From the NCBI GenBank assembly GCA_040954595.2, contig CM082597.2:2838265-2902264 (forward strand): DNA of 64,000 nt, read 5' to 3'. Below are positions 23,701 to 37,100 of the stretch, piece after piece (positions within the stretch are counted from its first letter, which is position 1; each line of letters opens with the position of its first letter). The translations under genes and the position numbers were made by a program. Origin of the DNA: Balanoglossus misakiensis. Its lineage: Eukaryota > Animalia > Hemichordata. Under the pieces are notes generated by a model. It saw only the letters and a list, made by a program, of their open reading frames with translations. It was not told the origin of the DNA and did not search any database.

Positions 23701-26700
23701 ACTAAGCTGACTTTTCAACAAACTAAACTGTGCATACATCTACTGTTCCTAAAGAATTACATTTGTATTTAAGTGAATCAACACACTTGTATGCAAAATC
23801 TCAAAATTCTTTAATTATCATGGGACATGCTGGAGCCTCATGTATCCCTATTCACTGACAACCCACCCTCTCCTCCTCCTCCCCCTCTCACCTGTACATT
23901 CCATTGTCATCAGTCTGTGTCTCTACAATGCCTTTGTTATATTCATCTAAGACCTGTGGAGTGATAGTGATGTCCACATCGCCTATAGGTGGCGCCACAC
24001 TCCCGGTTAAGAACAGACCAAGGCGACCTTCGCAGCTGGGTACCACAGTTGGACAAGTCTCTGTAATGCAAACAGCAATACATGTATTGTTACAACTGAT
24101 GTCTTTCAGGATGACTTCTATTTTAATGCATAGTGTTCTTTTAGTGATATTTACTATGAAAATCTTGGTCAATCCCTTCACTTACCACTTTGTACAGGAA
24201 CATCTTGAAAAGCCGGATAGAAAAGTAACTCTTCAGATGATGGTGTGATTGTCAACTTTTCACCACTCCTGGAAAGTCGACAGAAATAAGAAACATATTA
24301 TATATCAGGAACAAGATGGCCATGTTAGTGTAGTCAACAAAATTCACAATACAAGTATAAATCAACAAACCAACAAAAACACGACATTTCTTACCTTGCC
24401 CAGTATGTATACTCATATGTAAATGGCCCTGTTAATTCTTCTAATACAGGCTCCTTAGGTTTCTCTTTCTTCTTCTCTTGCTGTGATTGGCTGTCTTTAC
24501 TCATCTCTTGCTGTGATTGGCTCTCTAGCTCTTTCAGTTTCTCTTCTCTTTTGATTTCTTGCACTGACTTGAGAGGTCCTAAGGTCGTCACTGGTTCAGT
24601 TTCAATGGATGACCTACACACAAATCATGAGAAATATACACATTTATGTGAATTGTGAACTCTCATGTCAATATAGTGGCAAATGTTATTGTACATGTCA
24701 CAGTTAAACTTATGTAGGTAGCTGCAAAACAAAAAGACTTGTTGTTTATCAAAAGCTAAAATCATTACATCTTGTATCTTACTGAATTGTCAGCTTGAGA
24801 TCCTTCGCCAGGTCTTTGGCCACTATGGTACCAGTGATGAGATGTTTGACAGCCGTCAATGTCACGATATCAGCTGATGTGCTGTCAGGAGACAAAAGTC
24901 ACACAGAGACATTGTTTGAGATGGTAATTTTATAGGTCTATGTACAACTACATTCATATCTGATACAACAATACATGTACTCCCAACTGCTGCTGTCAAG
25001 TGCACCCTCTTTAGCTGGTTGCTGCCATTATACCATTTCTTTTTTCTTCAACCTCAACACTGCAAGCAGCCACAAATTATCAAATTCAAGGAAAAGTCCT
25101 CTATGCTATAGATCTTGTATACACATTTGTATGAAGACCTCACAAAACACCAAACGCAGGCTGTGAGTGTGAACCACGCAGAATAAATAAACCCTACATA
25201 CGTGTCATAGATATACTCCTCCTGTTCGAACTGATGACAAGACACTGGACGTAATTTGTACTGCCCAGCTTGTGACAAACAGAACTGATTGTATCCCTTC
25301 TCCACCTCAAAGACACCTGTGTTTTTAGAGTTTACGGCATGAGTGTAGTGCTGAAATAAAAAAAGTAGAAACAGACCTTGTTAAAATATCAATGGCATCA
25401 TCTGTTCTTTGCTTTTCACGTGCACCATTTATCAATATAATTATAAGCCATGTCAGTTTGATCAGCACAGTAAACACTGGGTAAATAAAAATGCAATTTT
25501 CGAAGCCTATCCTCAAAGTATATGTGCTATTAATCCATAAACATTATACTTCTCAGGCCTGCTGTCCCACAATTATTTTGTAGAAATAACAGGATGTAAG
25601 GTCTATGTAGGGTCATACAAAATTATGTAAAATACTTGGCGTATGGTCAATATAGGTGTAGAGCTTACCAATGCTACACTGTGAGTGGTTGTCATCTTCA
25701 TGATGTACCCAGATTGTGTGAACTCTATTCCACTGATAGAACTGTCAATCACTTCAAAGTCGACTGATTTCTCTGTCCAACACCAGTCTTCCTGTATGAT
25801 GGTTGCTGTGTGCAGAGATTGAAGATACACAGTTATACTGTACAGACAGATGAAGTCTGTAGTGGCTACTAATTCACATTTAAGCATGGGTTATCAACAT
25901 ACTGACGTACTTACCGGTATATTTTCCTGGCAATACATTCTGTGCCAGGAACGAGGCTTGTTTAGTTCCCTGTGATATCTGTATCAATCTGACATCGTCT
26001 GATCTGTCAGTTGAGGCCAGATTGATAGATAAACTACCACATAAATCTGAAGAAAAAAAATCATTGGAGACAAGAATGTTAGGCCTAGACATCCATACAA
26101 GGGATGGAAAATTTAGTGTAAGTAATGTATGACTATTATGCAAAGATGGCAACCAACAGAGTATTCAACACATACACTTACCTAGACAGTTGACCTGACC
26201 GCTGACAACCGCTTTGAACTGTGTGAAATCAATACCCATGACAGGTCTGTTTGTGATAGTTGCACTGTGGTGTGGTGGGATTAGCTTGAGACCGGCCTTC
26301 ATCTCAGCATCGTTGACAACAACCTATCAATCAAAGATACAAAAACATGACATGAACAGTGGAAGCTATGATTTCTTGGGGGTGGATGGGTTATTCAAAA
26401 TAAGTGATTACAATAATCCATACCTGTATGGTGTATTTCCCAGGTTTAACAGCAAAACAGAAACTGCCATCTGATTTGATTGCCATGCTGACGACGTCCT
26501 TAGCTGCAGCACCCTCTGGTGTCAAATGAACCTGCCTCTCTGCTGTCTCAGCCAATGTATCTGGAATCTTCTCAATGATCACTTTCCCACAAAGATTGAA
26601 GCTGGTGTGTAAAAAACAAAAGAAAAATAATTTTTGATTTTTTGTGGGGTACTGCAGCCCAAATGTTAACTCTTACACCCTCATTTCACTGTATAGAGGT

Positions 26701-29700
26701 CCACTAGATCATAGAAAACAATGGATTTGGACCAAACCATGGTGGTGACAGGGTTAAATTACTTCTGCTAAACTGACCTGGATGCTACGATGTCTGGCAA
26801 CTGGGGTGTGTTTGGCGTGATCTTGACCGTCATGGCGTCAAAGAATATATTCTCCTTGATGGCCTCCACTACGTACGATCCCGATGTGATCTTGTCCAGT
26901 CTGTAGGTTCCGTCGGCGGCTGACATTGTCTGTGGTTTTCCGTCTAACTTGAGGGATACACCTGCGAGTGGAGAGCCCTTTGAGATTTGGGTGGGAGATA
27001 AATTGATATACAGTAAATCAGTGGACATCAGTACTGGGGTAACATTTATCTAGATACCATCCTTAAAAATACCAGACATTATCATTCATAATGTCAAGGT
27101 CCGGATATAAGGCCAAAGGGGAAAAAATATTCAATATTCAAGCTTGTTTCAAAGCTGAGTAGGGAGACAATGCAATGCAGACATCTCCTCACCTTTTGAG
27201 CGTCCAATACTCTGCCGGTCACTGAGAAACCTTCAACTTGAAACACTGGCTGTGATGGGAAATATAACACAACATTACTAAAAAATACATTGGTGAAAAA
27301 GTATCAAGTCAAAATTGTTTCACTTACAAGGCTTAAGTTTCTGTAATTAAAAGAAGCAACAATATTTTCAAGATAACCAATCATATATTCACTTACCTGT
27401 AGTTTAACACTGTCAAAAGCCACAGTGAAAGTCAGTCTATCAGGTACCACATCAAACGTGATGTGTTCACCTTTATAAAATGGTACCTACAATAAGAAAG
27501 ACATACAGTGTCGTTATACATCACACATCAAGCTCATGTGTATGACAGACTAAGTATAGAAAAGTTTACTGTCTTTCTGACTTTTTGCATGATCACTACA
27601 CACTGAAATGATGTGAACTAACCAGTCTATATAATTAACTTACAAAACCAATGCTAAAAACTTACTATCCGGTATCAACTTTTGAGTTACCGGCCATCTC
27701 TAGAAAATATTATACAGTATCAATACCTGTAGAGTCTTTGAAGTGTACTTACCAGCCAATAATCACCTGATGGTAGACTAGGAAAGACAAACTTGCCATT
27801 TTTATCTGATTCTACATTGCATAGTAAGAAGTTTTCATCAGCGCTGTGAAAACCTTTGACAGCTGTGAAGTCACATCCTTCAATGTCCTGCAAAGTCAAA
27901 TTTTGTTGGATCAGAATTTTCATTTGTTAACTTGCTTATTTATTTTATTGTGCATGTATGTTTATCAGTATAGCATATCAGTATAGTCTCAAGAACATAG
28001 CAGCCACGCATTAAAATATTCTTCTTAACCATCCTAAAATCAAATGTATATTACTCACCTGTTTTTGTGCCGTTTTTGAAAAAAGAAGAAAAGCAACTCC
28101 TTGTATTGATTCCCCTTCACTGCGCACTTCACCACTGACATCGTAACCACTGACAACTAATTTGTCACCTAGGTTACCATTTTCCTTGGTTACTGTGTAC
28201 TTTGCTGTTGCCTAGGAGATAGAAATCATCACTTTGTTTCAGTTTTCTGAAAGTATTTGACTGTAATAGATCCATCATCTCAATTGTCTCGAAAATAAGA
28301 GAACTTCTTGTGCGTTTCTGTCAAGCAAAGATGGCTCAAATTTTCCAGCGTTTTCCAGTAGCAAATCAAATTTAATTCATGTAAACGAGGCTAGCTGGAG
28401 ATCAGAGGTCAGGATATGTAGTTGAAGTACTTACAGATTCCAGTGTCCACAAAGCATGAGATGCTGTTACAATGTAATCTCCAGGTAGTACTGGACTAAA
28501 GGTGTATCTGGGGCAGAAAAGTACAAAAAAAGGTCGTCAGATTTTAAAATGTATGACAAGAAGAGCTGTTTGTAAACAGCGGCTGAGCCATTTCTTGAAA
28601 CACTGAAATGATAACACAAGCATACAGGGTTCTCCCCATGCTGGTAGGGCCTGATCAGCATTCAAAAAGAAGCTAGCAAACTAAGGCTGTCAGCAGGTAC
28701 TATCATGTACTCCAACTAATATTGTCTCATATTTGATAGTGATACATACCTTCCCCCTCTTTCAGTTGATATTTGCTGGACGGCGCCATCTTGTCCTTTC
28801 TTTTGTAAAACAACTGTCACACCTGCTGGGCCCTCATTGGTTCCTTTGCTTATCACCTGAAAATTGTACGTACACGGCAAGTGTCATCTCCATAAAAAAG
28901 TCATTTTGCAAAAATTCATTCTGTCTCACATGCTCCTCACATGCAAAAATGCACAATGGCAATTTACATCCCCTTGAAGACTATCTGTTCCCCCCTCGAC
29001 TCAAAGGTATGCTCACCCTTCCATTGATTGAAAATCCTGTGAATTCAAAATTAATGTCTTCTCCCAGACTGCATTTATCAGTCTTGCCATCGATGCTCAG
29101 ATCAACACTACTAGGCTCTGAAATTGAAGGAAAAATAAATGAGAAGACATCAAAACAAGGCAACGAATTCTAGTGTTTATGCTATGATTGGGGGGAAAAT
29201 TGGTAAATGCTTTGGAAACCTCAGTTAGATGAACACTTCTGCTACTACCCGTTAATATAACTGCATTTTTCGTACTTACCAAAACTCCATCCCGCTGGTG
29301 GTTCAACTTTCAACACGAAGTCACCCTGCAAATGCAAGACAGTAAACTCAAAATTTGATTACATTAATCTATTGAACTTCTGAGCTATTATAAATTTCTC
29401 AAATATGATATCAAGGTGTATGTTCTTCTAAGCTTCTCACATATTCTTTGGATTGTTAACATTATATAATTGAACCACATTCATTTGTGACTGGCCCACT
29501 TGGTGACATACAACAATAAAAATCACAATTAAAAACAAAAGAATACCCACCTTATCATAAATTGGAATTAGAAAATAACCATTGTTAGGAGCACAGTCTG
29601 TTTGGTATTTTAAGCTGCCTTGTTTTGTGTATAGCTTAACCTGAATAGTAGAAAGAAAATATTTTACTTTATCGCAATAAGGAAATTGTTATAATTACAC

Positions 29701-30246
29701 ATGTCCTTTCTAAGCACCGACCTGGCCTTCACGCCAATTCTACTAGTACTACATGTACTGTTGCCCACCCCTCAATTTTTGTGTAAACAATCCTAAGACT
29801 CATTTTAATTGTTAAAACCAACAATATTAATTTATGAATTTATTGACACCAAATTGGTCATAATTACAAATTTAGCGATTGGTGCGATATGAATATGTGA
29901 TCGACTGTCCTATTTCTGTGGGACAACGAGGATTTGCTTGGTGTTGGGGGAGAGTGGGTCTGCATTTGCCTTCCAACCAACAACAACACCGGTTAAGACA
30001 TCGAGCTAGCTACTACTGCATACAGTACATGTCCTGAGAAATTTACACGTGTGAACCCATTGAAACAAACATGTAAAACGCCGGTCAGCTACTCATACGA
30101 CGTAAACTCACCTCTACTAAAGAAAAATTGATATCGACATCTGATTTTACGAATCCGCCGCATCCTAGAAAGTCCTGGACTGTTATACACAGAAGCTCGG
30201 CGAGCAGCAGTGCTAAAATGACGAGGAATTGCCGAAATACAACCAT
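20715..30246 (-). CDS. NOMO1: Nodal modulator / BOS complex subunit NOMO (~30 coding exons)
   Basis: Exon 1 (30246-30112) reads MVVFRQFLVILALLLAELLCITVQDFLGCGGFVKSDVDINFSLVE. Exon 2 (29640-29551) reads VKLYTKQGSLKYQTDCAPNNGYFLIPIYDK. Further exons include 29325-29280, 29117-29017, 28856-28750, 28507-28435, 28211-28059, 27887-27753, 27486-27397, 27249-27193 and 26977-26778. Later exons encode LLSLSGGSFRSN..LKPGQYFLRPMMKEYRFEP and SLNGEPEPG. A TM exon lies at ~21017-21109 and a basic C-terminus (RKKVKPRKT*) ends at 20715. Confidence 0.95.
26666..26757. mobile_element. Short piggyBac-type MITE remnant in a NOMO intron
   Basis: TTAA-bounded imperfect terminal inverted repeats: ttaactcttacacc ... 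ggtgacagggttaa. Confidence 0.5.
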
Positions 30247-30279
30247 AATTTTTTTTCACTATCACAGTGCCCACTGTCC

Positions 30280-30570
30280 CCTAAAATGGCGTCGCGTAAT
30301 GTATTGTGGGTAACGGGGGAAGCCCATTTAACCGGAAATGGGGATTCCCTTACGCCAGGTCGGAAGTACATGTATGCAGGTCAAATGTACCCCTCGTTGA
30401 CTTAAAATTAATGGAAAAAACGTCTGGCAGAGGCCGAAAAAACCGTGACTATTCACACCTGATTTTTAGGTCGCCAGCTGATCATAATTTGGTGTGTTAA
30501 ATGAAAATACCACTACAAAACAGAAGAGAATCTCCGGAAACACAGACCAGAGCGCCATCTTGTGATCATG
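30280..30570. promoter_or_regulatory. NOMO promoter region, head-to-head with the receptor gene
   Basis: YY1-like aaaatggcg (30283) and cgccatctt (~30553); ETS-like ccggaaat (30332) and cggaagt (30361). The two ATGs are ~930 bp apart. Confidence 0.45.
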
Positions 30571-31177
30571 TGGTCAGAATGTTTGCACTGGTTGGAATAC
30601 TCTGCCATATGTTTGTTTGTTTTTAGTTTTTGTTTGTCCTATACATGTATGTAAAAAGACAACAACAATAAAATGAGGTGAAACACATAAAAATCAACAA
30701 GAAACCACATGATAAAGTAACAAACTTGCAACAAAACAAGATCGTAAAAAAAGTGAAATTTTCACCTGCCAGGCAAAAGTTTCCGAATAGTTTAAACTTC
30801 TCATTTCAAGAACTAATACAAGTTGTGAATTATTGTTTGTAAACTATTTTACTACATAAATCTACCTTTGGCACAGCTGTGCAGCTAATTTTACACGGCA
30901 CGGAAATACAAGCAACTCAACTGTAAACACTCGCTTATGAAGGCCATACATAAGGTACCGGTTTCTACACACATAATATTTCGCCCTCACTTAAAGTTTT
31001 GGCCAAAGAACTGTCATAGTACCCCCTCCCCATGACCACTCTAGCACGCCCCTTGACCCACTGCTGTAAGCCTATGCCTGGGCTTTATCCCCCGGGGCAA
31101 AGATCTTCTTCTTGTACACGCAATATCGAAACTAGTGCGTCCGTTTTACAGTTTCTGGTTCCTGGTCCAGAATAGCT

Positions 31178-34100
31178 ATGGCGAGGATAAGATCCTATCA
31201 ACCGCTTATTTTTCTCCAGTTATCTCTTATTATTATTGGTCTGTGTAAACTAGGTAAGTGGAGTATGATACACTATCAAAATTCCCGCCAACACCACGGG
31301 ATGAGTAATACAGGGAGCGGGTCTTTAGAAATCATAGTGTTCGTAAACAGCTGCAGCGTGGCACAGAGAACAAAGACCGCGTTACCACTGACAGATCCAG
31401 GGTACATACAGGCTTGGAGACAGCATTTTTGCACTAGTTACCCCGCGTGGTGTTATTTCATTCAAGGTATAGAAGACCAAAAACAACCTTTTTTCTGGTC
31501 TTGGTTTTTATCCAAAAAGTTTTTTTTGTGTGTGTGTGTAGCCACTGCCAATCCGAGTTCTGCGTGGCAAGACACAAACAGAAAAAAAATATCATATGCA
31601 ATAGTTTCGCGTATATATAATTTTTTCAAGTTTGAACAAGTTTGAAAAAGCTATTCACAGCAATTAATTGCAACCGCCATACACCGAGACTGCGCAGTAT
31701 AGTTGTAGGTTAGTTTCGAATTTGATTTGCAGAATTCACATCTGATCTCATACAGAAACCAGTCCTGGTGAATGATTCATAGCAATTCTGGGAACGCGGG
31801 CACACCCCCTCTTCACCCCCAAAAACGTGCGAAAACGCAAATCATAGATTTGATTCAAGTTTAAATCTGATACAAAATGGGACATTGTTTGCAATTATGT
31901 GCGTTATGTTCAGCCAACAGTGGAGCCACCTGGCGAGTGATTCCCCAGAACACAACAGCAAAGGTTGGTGACTCTGTCACATTGTACTGTGCCGTGGATA
32001 ACGACAATGATTACACCACTCTACCCGAATGGTACAAAGCCGTGGGTTGGTCTAGAGATGACAAGCTGATCACAGACTCCGGCGTATCCTATGACAACTG
32101 CTGCGTGACAACCGGCGATGCCTCAAATGGCGAGGTAAATCTGCATTTTGAAGCAGTCAGAGAGGAAGATGAGGGTACGTGGATATGTCGGTATCCACGG
32201 ATAAGGAAAGACCAGAACAGATACGCCGAGCTGGTGATAACTGGTGCGTACATCACATCAAATCACATCTATCTATCCACCAACCCATTCACCAACCCAA
32301 ACTCACCCATCCACTCATCTGTCTTTCACAATACCTTCTCTCAGCATATAATTTTCCCTTTTCTCATTTACTGAAATATAGAAACAGATATACCACCCAC
32401 AAAACCAAAGTTAACTAAACACAAGAATAGTGAACCTGTATGGGATGTGGCTCCTTCCGACACGCTAGCTAAAGCAGGGGGATCTGCAACTATACATTGC
32501 AGTGTCACCCATATCAGCAATGGGGTGCTTCTCCTGCCAAACTGGTACAAGAGCGAGGAAAACGACAGGGCTATACAAATAACTTCCGGAACATCTTCTT
32601 ATGATGACTCTAAGTATAGTGTCGTAGGTAATGTTTCTGTTGGCCAGGCGGACCTTCACATAAAATCTGTCAGCAGAAGTGACGAAGGGACTTGGATGTG
32701 CCGGATTCAGGATCCAACAGTCGAGGCCAGCAGCAGATACAGATCAGCCAACTTGACAGTTGTAGGTAAGCCATGGACTTGATGTCGGAATTTTTCCACA
32801 GTATGACTTGACACTATAATCTCATGTTGATCTGCATTTTCTTGTGAGATTCTACATTTTCTTGTGAGATTCCTTGAATGATTTGCTTTGCTTATGAACA
32901 GATGACTGATATACCGCTTCCTGGTGTACTCACATCTTCCATGTCTTCGACAGATGAAGATCCTTTCTGCACGGAGGTATCTGGCATCGAGCTAAACGGA
33001 GAGGTGATTCTCGGTGCAAGAGTGGAGCTTCAGTGTGACATTTCAAGCTGGGTAACCGACCATGGAAACTTGGTTTGGATGAGAAATGAAGTCGACATAA
33101 CAAGGGATTCCCTCAACCCACTGCACTTGGTCAAATATGCAAAGATGACGGATGACGGGGTTAGATACAACTGTAGACTGAATCATAGTAGCGTGGATTT
33201 CCAATGGACGTGCACCAAGACTTTCACCTTCCATGTTTTATGTAAGTCATCCATACTTTTGGCCCTTTCTAGTCCAATGTGTCATTACTGGTGCAGATAT
33301 ATTTTAATGTTTTTCTCTCCAAAGAACTATGGCACCTCTACACAATAAACGTGCAAAATAACATTTAGGGATTTGCATGTAAATTCATGTGTAATTTCCA
33401 CTTCAGATGGACCCACTGCAGAGAGAAATTCAATTGCTCTCTGCATCAGACAGGGAGAAACGTTGAATTTGACTTGTCCATACAAAGAAGGAAATCCACC
33501 AGTGGACAAAATAGAATGGAAGAGGAATGGGGGTGTTTTGGACAGTGATAACGTTGATGAAGAGAATCGTTTGGTAATTCAAAACATAAAACATAAAGCT
33601 TCCCGTCCCAGGACTTATAGCTGTACAGCGTCAAACACATTTTCCAGTGGCGTTGTCAACAGCGTGGAAATAGAGTTTGACGTCACAGTACAATGTAAGT
33701 ATGTATATTACATAGGTTTGATTCTAATTTGCCAAGTATGAGCAAGTACGACGCATGGCCCATCATGTTAAACAGCACAAAAGTTATATCTTTTTGATAC
33801 TGGTCACATATTCTAGTTTCATGGAAAGCTTGAGTGCCAAGGTAATTAACAAAGCCTCGCGAGATCTCATAATGTACGGAAAACCATCTATTGACATGTA
33901 ACAACGAACTTTGACCATGCTCCCAGTCATTGTCTGAATCACAAATACCATTCACAGATGAACCAATCGTAAAGACACCAGAAGTAGTGCACGTGAGTGA
34001 AGGGGAATATGTGGCAGTGGACTGCAAAGTTGACTCGTTTCCATTGGCATCAGTAACTTGGACTTACCCAGATGGAAGTAGTTCACCAGGACACAAACTG

Positions 34101-37100
34101 GTTATTGATGACATCAAGAAAACTCAGCATGGTACCTACATTTGTGAAGCAGTCAACAATCTATGTCCTGAACTTGGGAACACAGGAAAGGGGACCAGTC
34201 AAGTTAGCATTATTGTTCTGTGTAAGTATGTGATGCAATGAAATCTGATGCCCACTGATAGCAGAATTTTCATCTAATGTCATATACATACATGTACATA
34301 GATACATTCATGTATGGAAATTGATCAGTAAGAATCCCAAACTCAATTGATAAAGTATTTTGAGCAACTAAATTACCATGTTTAATACAACAATGCCCCT
34401 GACTCTATTTCTTCTGCTTTAAATGATGTTCTGACTTTAAGATCCACCGATTGTTCTGAACAAGATCCAGAACTGCAAAAGTGCTGCTGATGAAGGAGAT
34501 GTCGCCGCTCTCAAATGTGAAGTAGACGGTTACCCACCGCCAGATATACGATGGTCACGTCTGAATGGTGAGAGAATCAAGCAAGATCACGTCATAAGCG
34601 AAGTCCTCCTAGGTCGTTTTATTCGCGTCAGCGAATTGATCATCAATAACACGGATCCCAGCCAGGATTATGGCAGTTATGAGTGTCTATCAAACAACAG
34701 CGAAGGCAGTTTTGTCTTCAAGATTACCCTTCAAGGAAAATGTTAGTATAAATGCCCTTTTCTGTTAATGTCAAGATTGCCACCAGTATCACGTCACCAA
34801 CTTTCACCATCTATTTTTCTTGCAATTCCTTGTTTCTGCAACACTTGGATATGGGCTTACAACATGGTGTTAATCATGTTCAATAGGAGGGGAGGGGCTT
34901 AAGAAAATTCAAACTAAAAGTGTAACACGTTGTACGCTGGAATTTAAATAGAAATGGTTCCTTTTTATATTTGTCGGAAATTAGTTAAGAGACAAACTGT
35001 TTTACCAGGTGTGCAGCGGCTGGTTCAGGTGAGTGGGCATGGGCTTTGGTTACTGTGCAACAAACAAACAAGCTAAGCAAAGACAAACTTAATAACTGGG
35101 AGTTTGAGAATAAATAAAGCAATCGACCTTTGCCCTAAGCTGTAAAGAGACCGTATTCACCTTTAGTTCTTTCTACCTAGTGTTTGGTTTGTTTATGTGG
35201 CTGAGGTTTCGGTAGCTGGTGACTAATGGGATTTCCGCTGTAAACACTTGAACACAAGCCTCAATAACCTGTGATATTGTCGCTGCTCACTACGGTTGTT
35301 ATTGAATTCACCGCAGATTCTACTCGTATTCAAAGCCCTTTTGTCATGTATAATTCTACCTAGATCCCCTTATACATGAAACTGGAAACATTTCAGTTTG
35401 ACCAAAAGAAACGAGTAAGAATAAATGAATTTCCCAGCACAGGCACAACTCATAAGTACTACTTCATAATTCCTTCATATATGTTATGATTTATTTACTG
35501 TACAGCTCGTCCTGACCCAGTGGTAAACGTCAGGTTCAATGTCACGAAGGACACAATAGTGGTGTCCTGGGACGCAGGTTTCGATGGCGGTTCACGACAA
35601 AGATTTTACATCCAATGGAGAAGACTGCCTGACGGGGATCTACATGAGAGCGGATACATAGATAACCTGACGTGTGTCATTAGGAGACTACAGCACGATA
35701 CGAGATATGGTATAACTATAGTCAGTGTCAACAGCCTGGGGAACAGCACCAGTGAATTATTTGAGATGTTGACATCAGGTCAGTCATGCGCACATCTGAA
35801 CCTTGTAGTACGCCTGAGAAATGAAACAGCCTAGCATTTCCACCCACCAAACCGAAGGAAACGAAAGAATGAGTAATAACTTGCATATAACAGTGAAAAG
35901 ATAAAATCACCTACAAGTCACAATCAGCCCATGTCAGAGTAACCATTCCACAAAATTCCTAAGTTCATACGTATAATGCTTTTGATATGTAGTCAGCATC
36001 TTCAATAGGCCAACATTTGCTTCTATTGAATGTGCATGCTGCATAATGACATCTTGCATTTAAACTGTATGTGATACCAACAGCATGCAACTTGCATCGT
36101 TATCAACGTGATCGAGCAATCTTGTGCGTAATTGATGGTGTGTTTTCAACACGTGACTTTCTCCTCCACAGCATCAACATCCAATATGGCGCCTGCTGAC
36201 CGCCATCATGAAGCACTTCAGTATATTGGCATCATTGTTGGTGCCGCTGCGTTCACGTTGATCGTCGTCATCGTCTCGGCTGTTGTCATATTCAAGAGAA
36301 GAGGTAAGAAAAGTAAATACGATGTTGTTGTTTCCACGTTACCAAGCAAACAAGTGCTATTTGCTTGTTTTCAGTACGACCTAAGAGTGTCTACGTAAAG
36401 AAATAAAACTCAGGTGTTGACAGGGTCACAGTCGATCACTTGACATTTTGGTTATTTTCGTTTCTGCTTTGTTTATGTTGATAAGTGACCGGTTGTAGCA
36501 CACGAATACTTCGATCGTTTAGTTTTTGTTCAACGTAAATTGTTTTGGTGTAGTACATGTATTCAGATGGTATACATATGTACAGCTTGTGAGTTGGGTT
36601 GTGGACAGTCCATGTACAAGTTGTGAATTGAGCTGTGACAGGGATCACTGAGCATGCTTCAGTGAGCAGAACAACACAAATACTCCATCATGAGAGACTA
36701 AAATAACTAAATTAATGCCAAAGCGACTTTACCCCTTTCATTGTACAAGTATAGCCTACAGCGTCGTATCACTAATGTGCACGACACCGTTCAATAGAGC
36801 ACCAGTCGGTAGGGCCTATCTTTCTACGAACTGGTGATTACGGTAACCTAGGTACTATTTCAACACTAGTGGCTTGGCGGTAATTGTAGATTGAAGTGGC
36901 TCGCTTTACAGGTGTAGTGGACCTCGACCGACCCCTAACTAAAGCAGGCACGTATCGAAACCACATGGTTGCCGCATGAGTCATGTAGTATACAAACACA
37001 AACAGTGAACTCTATTAAGAAGTGGTATAAACTTAAGTGAGTCTCGCAAATCGAGCATTGCATTGAAGGTGCACGTGTCAAAGTGAAAACAACCCCAGTT

